Numbered from the stretch's first letter, positions 30,889 to 48,070 are shown. The stretch is 64,000 bases of DNA from the human T2T-CHM13v2.0 reference genome, Homo sapiens (GCF_009914755.1 NC_060933.1), one strand, 5' to 3'. Numbers and translations are program-made. Notes: generated from the letters alone by a model not told the origin.

Positions 30889-31277
30889 GAACTTAAGTAT
30901 TTTTGTAACTTTTTTCCTTATGAAAATATGGTTATTATAGAAAATATAAATAAGCCAAATAGAAAATAGCCAAATTGGATTTGTGATGTACATACTGTTG
31001 AAACCTGCTCTTTCAGTGAACTAAAGTTAATTTAGTTTTGAGAATTTAGTTGTATTCTTTGAGATAAAGCATAAGACCCTGAATAATTGAGGAAAATTGA
31101 AAGAATTTCCAGTTTTACTATCCTGTTAATAGAAAATAGAGCTTCTGATTATTATCATCTACTTTGTTATCTAGCATTCAGTCAACTGGATTCTTTACAG
31201 AGATAATATACAGTATATTTATAGTGATAAAGAAGACATTTGTGCAATATCCTGATATATCTTCTGAAGTATAGCTT

Positions 31278-31403
31278 ATTTTTTTTAAGAAATGGAGTCT
31301 TGCTATGTTGCCCAGGTTGGACTTGAACTCCTGGGCTTAAGGGATCCTCCCTCCTCAGCCTCCTAAGTAGCCAGGACTACAGGTGTGCTCTACCATGCCC
31401 AGC
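31278..31403 (-). mobile_element. FLAM Alu monomer
   Basis: Single arm; TSD tctgaagtatag on both sides. Confidence 0.85.
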
Positions 31404-31915
31404 TCTGAAGTATAGTTTTAAAAAACCTGTTTAATACAGTTTTTAGTATTAAGTGAAGTTATTCTATTTCTTTGAAAATTTTTGTAAATATTACAGTATT
31501 TTAGTAGGTAAACTCTTCTTCTTTTTACCATATTGGATATCTGAATTTTATGCTTTTCTTCACAAAGAAAATTATGAGTTTAAAATCATCCTTTTGATTG
31601 TAAACTTTTTGAGACTTATCTTTGTAGCACAAGAGTAGCAAGTAACAGAACTTAGTAAATACTTTGCAAATGGGTAATGTGAAATCTGAACTTGCATAGT
31701 AATGAATACAATTCATTCACATTGAAAAATTAGCGGATTAGGAGTAAACTGAATCACTCCTATAGAACACTATATAATCCTTAACTGATATATTGATCTA
31801 CATGAGGTGTTTTTATTTATTTTTAATTTGTTAACATTTCTCTTTTGATGTATTAATCTGCATGCGTGTATATTATTTAAAATTTCTTAACATTTCTTTT
31901 TGTTTGCTATTTTAG

Positions 31916-32002
31916 GCAAGTTGCTTTGGCAGATATCATTCTCATTAATAAAACAGACTTGGTCCCAGAAGAAGATGTAAAGAAATTAAGAACGACACTT
32001 AG
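31916..32002 (+). CDS. ZNG1: ZNG1 exon 8 ([28 protein letters not shown]; G4 NKTD)
   Basis: ttttag|G acceptor, AG|gtacaa donor, 87 nt. Confidence 0.95.
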
Positions 32003-34627
32003 GTACAAAATGATGTGTGTTAAGTGCCTACAGATCCATATTGTATACACAGAATGTTTTTTACTCTGATTGTTGCCCTGTAGAAACTTAAGGTATAAGG
32101 TTGACCTGCTTCAAGAACGTTAGGGAATCACATATATTGTTGATGGCTAATTGTTATATAAATGGTAATACATAAAATTAGTCCCCAGTGCTTGCAGAAT
32201 ATAGTTCACAGTTAATAGACTGATATTCAGGGTCTTCGCACTCCATCTTTCTTTTCCTGTCTTCTCTTTGACTCTTTCCTAATGTCAGTCTTCCCTAACT
32301 TTACCCAGGATGGTTAATTCACTTTCCCATGGATGCATCCTGTCAGTTCCTGTCTTTACTCATAATGTATTCTCACTCTGCCAATCCCTGAGTTCTTTCT
32401 TGTTCTGTTTTTTTTTTTTTAATTTATTCTATAGAGCCTATTCTGTCTCTCCCCCCTTCCTATGTGAAGTCTTCCCTGACTCAAGTGGTCTCAGTTTTCC
32501 CTGAACTCTTGTTGACTTCATCTTCCTTAACTGTCAACCATGCATTGTCTTCCAGCTTGCTTGTATATCTTCTTTGTCCATAGCCAAGGCTGATCAGCAT
32601 AGGACAATCAGGACAATATGAATGATGCTCAAATATGTGCTAACAGTCATTTTGCTGACTGTTCTGGAGACTCCCATTCCTTTTGAAAACAAAGATGGAC
32701 TTTTCAAATGAAGTTATAGTTCAGGGACTTTGTTTTGAATTATTTTGTAAGACCTGAACTAATAAAAGCCCTATACAGAGAGACATTCGGTAGCTATTAT
32801 TATTGGTTATCTTTAATGTGTACAATGCTTTGAGCGTGATGGCTCAAAATTACTATTCTTAGTATTTATAAGTTCTACTGACTAGATTTTGAATCTGTCA
32901 TCTCAGTTCATATAGTATATATTATAAATTGAATCAATAAAGGTAAGGCTCATTAGGAGATTATTTGCCATGATTAATGATTGTGGAAGAAAGAAATTCA
33001 TATTTTTTCCACATATTTCATCTTATTTTAATAGTAATGTCCTTAAACTTTACTATAAAAAAATATAATGTCTCCATGTGGAGGGTAGGTATTGTTGCGT
33101 AGTGTTGAAGATCACAGACCTTGGAATCTGCTTGGGTTCTAATCCTTGGTCTGTTTCTCATTGTCTTCTTAGGGAGCTTATTTACCCTTTTAAAGCCTCC
33201 TCTGTAAAAGGCATAATGCCTATCATAAGTTTGCTTTGAGTATTACATGAGACAATGTTGGTAAACTTTGCACAGTGCTGACACATAGTAAGTGCTCTGT
33301 TAGCTATTATTATGTAATTTTTTTCTTAGCTTACATAGTAAGTTCAAGGTATAGTAAAAAAGGGAAGAAAGAAAAAGATGGCTGATTTTGAAAAGGAGAA
33401 AGTGATGAATGAAGATTGCTTTTACATTTTTTGACACTGGTCTTCTAATCTTGTTTCTCTTCATAAATCTTGTGCACCATTGTGATTGCTAAGAAGAACA
33501 CAATCTATTTAGCAAACGTTTTTGGCATAAAAGGAATGATAATTATTACTTGACTTTTATATCCTTATAGAGACCTAAGCTAAATCTCTGACACTGACAA
33601 TATTGACTATTAGCCAGCTTGTTAACAGTACTAGAAATGAATTTGGTAGAAGCAATTTGGTAAATTACACACCCTTTTGGCTTTTACCCTCCATTTATAT
33701 CAGACTTGTGACTGACTCAGAATGATATTTGGGGAGGTGAAAAAAGGTAAACATGTTTGAGAGGAATTAGCCATCAGACTAGAGTGTATTCAAAAAAGAA
33801 GATTTAAGAATTTTGTAAAATAGTGGAGAGACTTGCCTCAGAATCATTATATGTGGGAAGCCTTACCCATGAGAACAAACTTGAACAAGTAGCAAGAATC
33901 TTGGGTAAGTAACCCTAAAGACAATTGAATTCATGATAGAGAATTGATGATTGATGATAGGCAATGGAAAAGATAAATAGATGAGGTGTACAGTGTGTTG
34001 AAAAGAATTTAACAGGTACTTTTTGGTTCCATACAAAGCCATATTCTATAGTATCAAAAGAGGGAGAACAGGCATAACGGGTAGAGAGCCTAATTAGGGA
34101 ACTGACGAGGTTATTCTATAAAGGAACCTGGAATGTGTGACTTAGAATTACTGTGAATACTAAGGACAGGCTGGGGGCAAAGCAACTTACAACTAGGTTT
34201 TTATTTTTAGTGTGTATATAGCCATTTCTACCATGTATGCCTGAGGAAAAAAGTGACCACCGTAAAAATTTTGAGTATCTGCTCATTTTTAAGAACACTG
34301 GGATAACTGACTATTTATGAATGATTTTTTCTAAAGTGAAGCGTCTTTTTATTAACCACAAAGTAGCCCTTAATCTGACAGTTGTGTGAATTTTTGCATA
34401 TATGTTTTATTGATGTATGAGTGGAATATATGTGATTTATTGTTTGAAGGAAAATCATAATTATTTTTTAAAGCAAGTTTTGTTTTTCTGTTTTTAATTT
34501 TTTTCTGGTTCCAGATGTATTTGGGTATGCTTATTTCCCGTTTTAGAAACAATATACTTTGTATACTTTTTTAAAAAGTTAATTTTTACTTTTAAACTTT
34601 GTCTTCCTCATTTATTATTTATTTCAG

Positions 34628-34672
34628 ATCCATAAATGGACTAGGACAAATCTTAGAAACACAAAGATCAAG
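34628..34672 (+). CDS. ZNG1: ZNG1 exon 9 (SINGLGQILETQRS)
   Basis: tttcag|A acceptor, AG|gtactt donor, 45 nt. Confidence 0.93.
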
Positions 34673-35275
34673 GTACTTTAAAAAAGCTATTCCTATTAAT
34701 AACAAATCATTTTAGTTATTAATAATAAACATTAAGTAATTGACAAATATGCTTGATTCTGATATAAGAAAGATCTAAGTGCATTTAAAAAGAATTGGAT
34801 CCAAAATGTTGTTTGGAATGCTCTTAATAAGTTAGTTTGGCATATTTGGCTAGTACATTTGCCTGTCTTCAAAACTAAGATTACAAAGCCATGATAACAC
34901 TGTGTAAGTGTTTGCTTAATGAGGAAGAAAAGACTTCCAAACACTCGAGAGGGTAACTCAGTACAGAAATCTGAAGTATATTGAGGAATCTTAATTTGAA
35001 GTGTTTAAATGGCTTTTTAATATTTAAAAAGCCTTCTTAGTGTTTTATAGTTGCCAAAAAATACATGGAGTCTTTACCTTGAAGTTCCTGACAAATTCTT
35101 TTATTAAATTTTGACTTTCATTTTCTCTAGGTTCTGTTCCTAAAACATCTGTGAAGTGTATTTCTGTAGATTAAATTCTGTTTTCCATTGAATGTTATCT
35201 TAATTTCAGAAAATTTCTGTGCAGGGTTATTTTATTAAGCTCATTTTTTTTTTTTTTTTTTTTTTTTTTGGTGAG

Positions 35276-35402
35276 AAAGGCTCAGCAGCTGATAGACTCA
35301 GCAACAGGCAGCCAGGAGCTCTGAGGCTCACAGCTGGCAGTCTAGTTCCACTCAGTCTCTACTTGAGAAATTCTTTCTTTGGAAGTACAGCAGAGGCCTT
35401 AG
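35276..35402 (+). other. Candidate poison (PTC-containing) cassette exon in intron 9
   Basis: Long poly-T tract at 35244-35269, acceptor AGs at 35274-75 and 35278-79, strong donor AG|GTGAGT; both acceptors give in-frame stops after exon 9. Confidence 0.6.
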
Positions 35403-36281
35403 GTGAGTGGCTTGTCTGCTATGGCAGAGATTAGAGGTGCTGACAGACTGCCATAAGTATTAGGCAGTAACAGCAGCAGCTGCTTATATGCATGTGAACA
35501 GCTGGGGAATTAATTTGGTATGCATTCTCAGGAGCCACTCATCTGCTGGCAGAGGTAGCAGAAGAATGCCCTTAGTGTAAGTCCTCTACAACCATACACC
35601 AAATGTGCTCCCTGCGTTTCAAATTCCATTGTAGAGAGTCTCTGATAATCTCACTTATACCATGAGCCATTCCTCAGTATCTGTCCTCTTCCTGTTAGTG
35701 TTCTACAATTCCTTTCTCCTTAATTTTTCTCCGCTTTACAAAATGTCACACAGACAAGTGCATGATACTTAAACAAGCTTTTAAAAATAATGCTCATAAA
35801 TAGCTTTGGTTCTGTCATAATATTCGTATTTATAAACATTTTAAGTCAATTCTCTTCTTTTATTTTCATTTCAGAAATATCCATGTCCTGAATAAAAGTT
35901 GTGTCTTGATTAGTTTATTATGTAACAATTTAGTGTGTTTGACATTTCTAACTTTTATTTCTAACATTTGCTTTATTATAGAACAATAAACATGCAGTGA
36001 TTGATTTTTCTTACTTCAAGTGGATGAGTGAGCAAGTGACTAAAATCTTCTGTGAATTCTTCAGTGTATGGTGCTTGCCAATGCATCTGAGAATCTAGGG
36101 ACTTTCTGAAATAGTACTTCCTTGCTATGAGGACTGAAGTTGGATTAGAATCCTTTTCAATGAAGATCAGATGTCCTGAGTAGAATTCTTACTATTGGGT
36201 CCTGAATCTTATATTAAATATTCTCTCAAATTCCTTGAGGCATAGCAACTTGAGCTTACCAGTTTAGAAACTGGAGATTTG

Positions 36282-36643
<362 letters not shown>

Positions 36644-38624
36644 TTATTTTTTGTTTTTTAAAATTTTTTTACCATTTTGTAGCTGACAAGTACTGACAAT
36701 AAACTGCTATAAGCATGTGTAGAAAAAGGCTCACCTTGAGTAGTTAAGAGTAAGGAAAAGGAATAGTGTGTAGCATCGTCTTAGTGGTAAGACTTAAGTT
36801 GATTTAGTAGCAAATGGAAGTACTAGTGAACCACATAGATTTCAGAAGTAGGAGTAAAAGGTTAGAAGATGTGTCATTTTAATCTTCTCTAGACTTTTTC
36901 TTAATTTTTAGAAATGTAAGTGGACTGAACAGAGGAAAACCAAAACACAGCTGGTCAATAATAAGTTAAATTAATTTGACAAACTGCCTGCTATGCATTT
37001 CATAGCATTTTAAGGACTATATAAGCAATGGATAAGGCAAAAACTCTGCCTTTAAGGAGATCAGTCATTGGGGGGAAACAGAAGCAAACAAACAAAAAGG
37101 CAACATAATAGATATTAATATTAATACAAGAATTTTAAAAGCACAGAGTTCTATAATAATAGGAAAATAGAGGGAATGATTGCTCAACTTTTCTTGAAAA
37201 AGAGTCAGGAAAATATTGACCGAGAAGGCAGTCATTGACCTGAGTCTTAAAGAATGAATAAGGTTTTTACAGATGGAGTAGGGTAGGGATAACTTTCCAG
37301 GTATAAGGAAGATTTTGTATTCCAGGGACCTTTGAATATTTTAGAATGGCTAGAAAACTTGGTATTATGTAGCACAGAAAAAGTGGTATGACTGAAGAGA
37401 TAGAGAACTTACCACAAAGGGTCTTGAATGCCATGATACATAGTTTGGATTTTCTTCTGTAGGGAGCAAGGAGTTAGTGAAGGATTTTAAAAGCAACATG
37501 ACTCTTGGGAGGTACATTCAATGTGAGACTAATCTCCGAGGTATAGGAAATACAGGAAGGAGGAGCAACAGGTCGGGTAGTGGTGGAAGCAGGTTTGGAA
37601 AATGTGATTAGTTTTGTAAACGTTTTTGAGTTTGAAGTGCCACTGGGGAAGGCTTTTGGAAATTTATTTCCAGAGTTCAAGACTGAGCTATCATTGCAGT
37701 TTGCTCAGCTATTTACTGAGCTATCTACTGTCAATTTGGATAGTATCTACAGTTTGCATTGTAGATACTGGATACTTGGATTGGCTGGTGCACCCTGTTT
37801 ATGAGACTCACTGGAGTTTGAAGAGATGACCACTGGAAAATATCCCTAAGCAGTAGCTGCAATTCCACCCCCACCGAGGAGAGCCAAAACCCTCTTCGTT
37901 TTCACTTTCCTGTCCTTGGTCTTAAGCTACTTAAAGCAGCCTTTAGACATAGGGAAAAATTGAAAGCCTCTCTTTTAAGAAAAACATTAGGTACTTCTGG
38001 AATAGAGAGTTCAAGAAATTAGGAGAAAAATGAACTTTTGAAGCTTTTTCTTTCCCTTTTTTGTTTACTTCATTCTCTTACTCAGTTTTAAAATGCTGGT
38101 AATGGTCTTTTTTTTCCTTTTTTTTTTTTTCTTGGCGATTTTAATGCTTTGGAAAAGATCTCATGGTTTTATCTCCAAAGGAGGAAATTAATTTGATGCC
38201 ATGGAAATTAGTTTTCTAGTCGTATGCCTTGAATGAGTGAAGAATTTCTTTTTCATGGTGGTACTAAATTTGGGGAAAGCTATAGAAACTTTCATCTGGA
38301 AGCTTACACTTTTCCTCTTTTTTGAAAATTTGGTGAGAGACTTGGATATTTTATTATTTTCTGTAAAAGAGTGTAATTTGTTATACAGGTCTAATATTGA
38401 TCCTTTTTTGGAAGTATGGAAAGAATCTGAGTATAAAGCAGAATTACCTCTGGATGGCATGTATTCTCAAGGACACTGTCACAGTGAAACAGTTTATTTA
38501 GAAGCTTGTGTTTCCAAACTGTTGAATTTGATATTCACAAAATTGGCATGTGTAAACTTTATTAAACTTTAAGCTATTTCCTAAGATGAAGATGACAAAC
38601 TTGGAGGAAAACTTCATTCATTTG

Positions 38625-38948
38625 GTTTATTTTTATTTTTATTTTTATTTATTTTTATCTTTTTGAGACAGAATCTCACTCTGGTTTGAGACAGAATCTC
38701 ACTCTGTCCCCCAAGTTGGAGTGCGGTGGTGCGATCTCGGCTCACTGAAACCTCTGCCTCCTGGGTTCAAGCGATTCTCCTGCTTCACCCTCCGAGTAGC
38801 TGGGATTACAGGTGTGCACCACCACACCCAGCTAATTTTTGTATTTTTAGTAGAGACGGTTTCGCCACATTGGCCAGGTTGGTGTCAAACTCCTGGCCTC
38901 AAAGTGATCCGCCCACCTTGGCCTCCCAAAGTGGAGCCCCCGTGCCCC
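38625..38948 (-). mobile_element. AluS with a duplicated tttgagacagaatctcactctg segment
   Basis: Direct reading. Confidence 0.85.
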
Positions 38949-39517
38949 TTGTTTGTGACCTGTCAATATAAATATGCTCAGTAGCGGGGGGAGGGGTGGG
39001 GGGTGAAAAAGGAAATATGTTTAATATTAAGACTTTGGCCTTTTAGTGTAAATTGATATTCAAAAATTTCTTCATAGAACATTTGCTTCTTTGCTTGATC
39101 ATTTTTCTAATTCTGTACATCTAAAATGCCCAGAATTTGAGTTGCTGTTATAGTCTACTAACATAGAACTTTGGAGTAATAAGATGGGAATTTGTCTCTC
39201 TTTTGCCAAGACAAGCATTCGTAATCTAACACAGTATTGTTGCCACGAGTACGAGTATGTGATAGACTGTTGAGAATAAAGAAAGCAGGCACAGTTGGTC
39301 AGTCCTAAGATAAAGGAGATGTTTTTTCTTATATGTTTGTGCATTAAAGAAAAAAAAATCTTGAATCTGACCAATGATGTTTTTTTTCCTTGTAAGAAAA
39401 TTTAACAAATGTTTGGCAAGCTTCTGGAATCTAAATTTGAAATTATACATTTGTCATTTTCTTTAAATATTTCTTCACCTTAGCTTTGATTATGAGAAAT
39501 CACTGTCCTCTGCTGTT

Positions 39518-39821
<304 letters not shown>

Positions 39822-40560
39822 GTCCTCTGTGATTTTCTGGGCTTATGTTAAAATTATAACTCAATCACCAGTCTTTATAAATTTGCTTTTTTATATTTAA
39901 ACCAAACCTAATGCTAATTGTGATATGTTATTTATTCTCACCTGATTTGAATCATTGGATTCAATTAAATGAGTTTAATTATCATTAAATAATTCTAAGA
40001 GAAATAATGTCTATTCGGATGGTGGGAATTTTCTTTCTACATGCAGCCCCATTCTGAATGAATGAAATCAAATCACGTGAAGATCAGGGTCCTAGAGTAA
40101 CTTAATATTTTGTACATTGGTTATTTGACTCCTCATTTTTATATTACATGTTATATCAAGGGAGGGGGTATAAAAGAAATATAAAAATTGCAGAGGTATC
40201 TGGAATGTACCTATTTGTTAATTCTATTTGTCATTTCTTTTGTTTCATCTTTTGAGTAATAAGCTGCTTGGAAAAGTTTCTGTTCTTTAGCTGATTTTTT
40301 AGCTATAAAAATGTATTTGAAAAGCTCATAAATTTCAGCATTGAAAAGATAATTGAAAGTTTAAAAAAAACCTAATTCATTGAAGTAATAACCAAATAAT
40401 TTTCAATCTTGATTCAACTGTGATTCAAATCTTACACCATTTGCCCACTTCTATGAATTTTATGTATAAAATTTTTTAAGAGTCAGAGTTTTTTTTTCTT
40501 GATTAATTGGATGTATTTCACAGAATTTCCAACTGCTCACGTTAGTTTTCTTCCTTTTAG

Positions 40561-40617
40561 AGTTGATCTCTCTAATGTATTAGATCTTCATGCCTTTGAT
40601 AGTCTCTCTGGAATAAG
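40561..40617 (+). CDS. ZNG1: ZNG1 exon 10 (VDLSNVLDLHAFDSLSGI)
   Basis: ttttag|A acceptor, AG|gtatgt donor, 57 nt, phase 2-2. Confidence 0.93.
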
Positions 40618-41221
40618 GTATGTTTTGTATAATTTGGTTACTTTTATTGTTATGTACCTTTTTTCCCCATAGTTAACAGGAATGATTTGCACAATTGCAT
40701 CCATGATTTAAGCTTCCTGCCATTCCTTTGGCATACAAGACCATTCTTAATGAGGTATATTCTTGGAAGTTTTACTAATTGGTTGTTTGGAAATCATATT
40801 GCATTTTCCTGTAGAAATTATAGTGTAAATGATAGTTAATTTTAGAGGCTAATCGTTAACACTTCTACACCAAACACTATGTCTAATACTCTTTCTATGA
40901 GAAAATGCATGAAATACATAGAAAATTTTAGCTTAGCGTTTTCACACAAATAACTCTCTTCACTTTATTTTTTTATTTTTTATTTTTTCTTGAGTTTTTT
41001 TAAAATTTATTTATTTATTATTATTTAAGTTTTAGGGTACATGTGCACAATGTGCAGGTTAGTTACATATGTATACATGTGGCATGCTGGTGCGCTACAC
41101 CCACTAACTCGTCATCTAGCATTAGTTATATCTCCCAATGCTATCCCTCCCCCCTCCCCCCAACCCACAACAGTCCCCAGAGTGTGATGTTCCCCTTCCT
41201 GTGTCCATGTGTTCTCATTGT

Positions 41222-45039
<3,818 letters not shown>

Positions 45040-45087
45040 TTATTTTGCTCGTTAGTTGATGCAGTTTCTTCCTAGTCTCGATGGTCT

Positions 45088-46131
45088 TTACATTTTGGCA
45101 TGATTTTGCAGTGGCTGGTACCGGTTGTTCCTTTCCATGTTTAGCGCTTCCTTCAGGAGCTCTTTTAGGGCAGGCCTGGTGGTGACAAAATCTCTCATCA
45201 TTTGCTTGTCTGTAAAGTATTTTATTTCTCCTTCACTTATGAAGCTTAGTTTGGCTGGATATGAAATTCTGGATTGAAAATTCTTTTCTTTAAGAATGTT
45301 GAATATTGGCCCCCACTCTCTTCTGGCTTGTAGAGTTTCTGCCAAGAGATCCGCTGTTAGTCTGATGGGCTTCCCTTTGAGGGTAACCCGACCTTTCTCT
45401 CTGGCTGCCCTTAACATTTTTTCCTTCATTTCAACTTTGGTGAATCTGACAATTATGTGTCTTGGAGTTGCTCTTCTCGAGGAGTATGTTTGTGGCATTC
45501 TCTGTATTTCCTGAATCTGAATGTTGGCCTGCCTTGCTAGATTGGGGAAGTTCTCCTGCATGATATCCTGCAGAGTGTTTTCCAACTTGGTTCCATTCTC
45601 CCTGTCACTTTCAGGTACACCAATCAGATGTAGATTTGGTCTTTTCACATAGTCCCATATTTCTTGGAGGCTTTGTTTGTTTCTTTTTATTCTTTTTTCT
45701 CTAAACTTCCCTTCTTGCTTCATTTCATTCATTTCATCTTCCATCGCTGATACCCTTTCTTCCAGTTGATCGCATCGGCTCCTGAGGCTTCTGCATTCTT
45801 CACGTAGTTCTCAAGCCTTGGTTTTCAGCTCCATCAGCTCCTTTAAGCACTTCTCTGTATTGGTTATTCTAGTTATACATTCTTCTAAATTTTTTTCAAA
45901 GTTTTCAACTTCTTTGCCTTTGGTTTGAATGTCCTCCCGTAGCTTGGAGTAATTTGATCGTCTGAAGCCTTCTTCTCTCAGCTCGTCAAAGTCATTCTCC
46001 GTCCAGCTTTGTTCCGTTGCTGGTGAGGAGCTGCGTTTCTTTGGAGGAGGAGAGGCACTGCGTTCCTTTGGAGGAGGAGAGGTGCTCTGCTTTTTAGAGT
46101 TTCCCGTTTTTCTGCTCTGTTTTTTCCCCAT
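45088..46131 (-). pseudogene. L1 ORF1p interrupted by one nonsense codon (TGA at 45811-45813)
   Basis: ORFs 45811..46131 and 45088..45744 are in the same frame and encode ORF1p. Confidence 0.92.
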
Positions 46132-46587
46132 CTTTGTGGTTTTTATCTACTTTTGGTCTTTGATGATGGTGATGTACAGATGGGTTTTTGGTGTGGATGT
46201 CCTTTCTGTTTGTTAGTTTTCCTTCTAACAGACAGGACCTTCAGCTGCAGGTCTGTTGGAGTACCCGGCCGTGTGAGGTGTCAGCCTGCCTCTGCTAGGG
46301 GGTGCCTCCCAGTTAGGCTACTCGGGGGTCAGGGGTCAGGGACCCACTTGAGGAGGCAGTCTGCCCGTTCTCAGATCTCCAGCTGCGTGCTGGGAGAACC
46401 ACTGCTCTCTTCAAAGCTGTCAGACAGGGACAGGTAAGTCTGCAGAGGTTACTGCTGTCTTTTTGTGTGTCTGTGCCCTGCCCCCAGAGGTGGAGCCTAC
46501 AGAGGCAGGCAGGCTTCCTTGAGCTGTGGTGGGCTCCACCCAGTTGGAGCTTCCTGGCTGCTTTGTTTACCTAAGCAAGCCTGGGCA

Positions 46588-46896
46588 ATGGCGGGCGCCC
46601 CTCCCCCAGCCTCGCTGCCGCCTTGCAGTTTGATCTCAGACTGCTGTGCTAGCAATCCGCGAGACTCCGTGGGCGTGGGACCCTCCGAGCCAGGTGCGGG
46701 ACACAATCTCCTGGTGCGCGGTTTTTTAAGCCCGTCAGAAAAGCGCAGTATTCGGGTGGGAGTGACCCAATCTTACAGGTGCAGTCTGTCACCCCTTTCT
46801 TTGACTAGGAAAGGGAACTCCCTGACCCCCTGTGCTTCCCAAGTGAGACAATGCCTCGCCCTGCTTTGGCTCGCGGATGGAGCACGCACCCACTGA
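46588..46896 (+). CDS. L1 ORF0 (antisense ORF of the L1 5'UTR), open for 102 codons
   Basis: MAGAPPPASLPPCSLISDCCASN... within ORF 46465..46896 matches primate L1 ORF0; expression unknown. Confidence 0.6.
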   Translation: MAGAPPPASLPPCSLISDCCASNPRDSVGVGPSEPGAGHNLLVRGFLSPSEKRSIRVGVTQSYRCSLSPLSLTRKGNSLTPCASQVRQCLALLWLADGARTH

Positions 46897-47139
46897 CCTG
46901 CGCCCACTGTCTGGCACTACCTAGTGAGATGAACCCGGTACCTCAGATGGAAATGGAGAAATCGCCTGTCTTCTGCGTCTCTCACGCTGGGAGCTGTAGA
47001 CCGGAGCTGTTCCTATTCGGCCATCTTGGCTCCTCTCTCCTCTCTTCACTTTAATAATGGATTAGTTTTCTGCCTTCTCCTGTGGGGAATCTTTTTGGTA
47101 AGGGAGGGAAGAAAGATTAGTTATTCTTGTGCATCAGTA

Positions 47140-47640
47140 TCTTTTTCTTTTTTTATTGTAGTAAGAACATCTAACATGAGATCTACCCTCTTAACAATTT
47201 TTTAAGTGTACAATACAGTATTGCTAACTATAGGCATGAGGATGTGCAGCAGATCTCTGGAACGTTTCACTCTTTAGAACTGAAGCTTTATACCCCTTGA
47301 ATAGCAGCTTCCCATTTCCCTGTCTTCATAGCCCCTGGCATCCACCATTCTACACTCTTTCTGTGGGGTTGACTATTTTAATTACCTGACACAAGTGGAA
47401 TCATGCATTATTTGTCTTTCTGTGACTGGTTGATTTCATGTAGCATAAAGTCATCAAGGTTCATCCATGTTTTTGCATATGGCAAGGTTTCCTTTTTAAG
47501 TCTGAATAATATTCCATTTTCTACATATACCACATTTACTTTATCCCTTTTTCTGTTAGTGGACATTTAACTTGTTCTCACAGCTTGGCTATTGCAAATA
47601 ATGCTGCAATGAATATCTCATAAGTCTCATATGTGTCCAT
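47140..47640 (-). mobile_element. L1MA/MB 3' fragment
   Basis: aacatgagatctaccctcttaac...gtgtacaatacagtattg. Confidence 0.75.
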
Positions 47641-47714
47641 ACAAGATCATGAAAATGGACATGTCTCTGGGTATTTTGAATTGGTGGGACAATTTTGCTT
47701 AAGGGTAGGCATAG

Positions 47715-48070
<356 letters not shown>

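Noticed and set aside
38986-39003. G6-A-G4-T-G6 run (possible G-quadruplex)
   Set aside because: Only three separated G-tracts, isolated, with no supporting context
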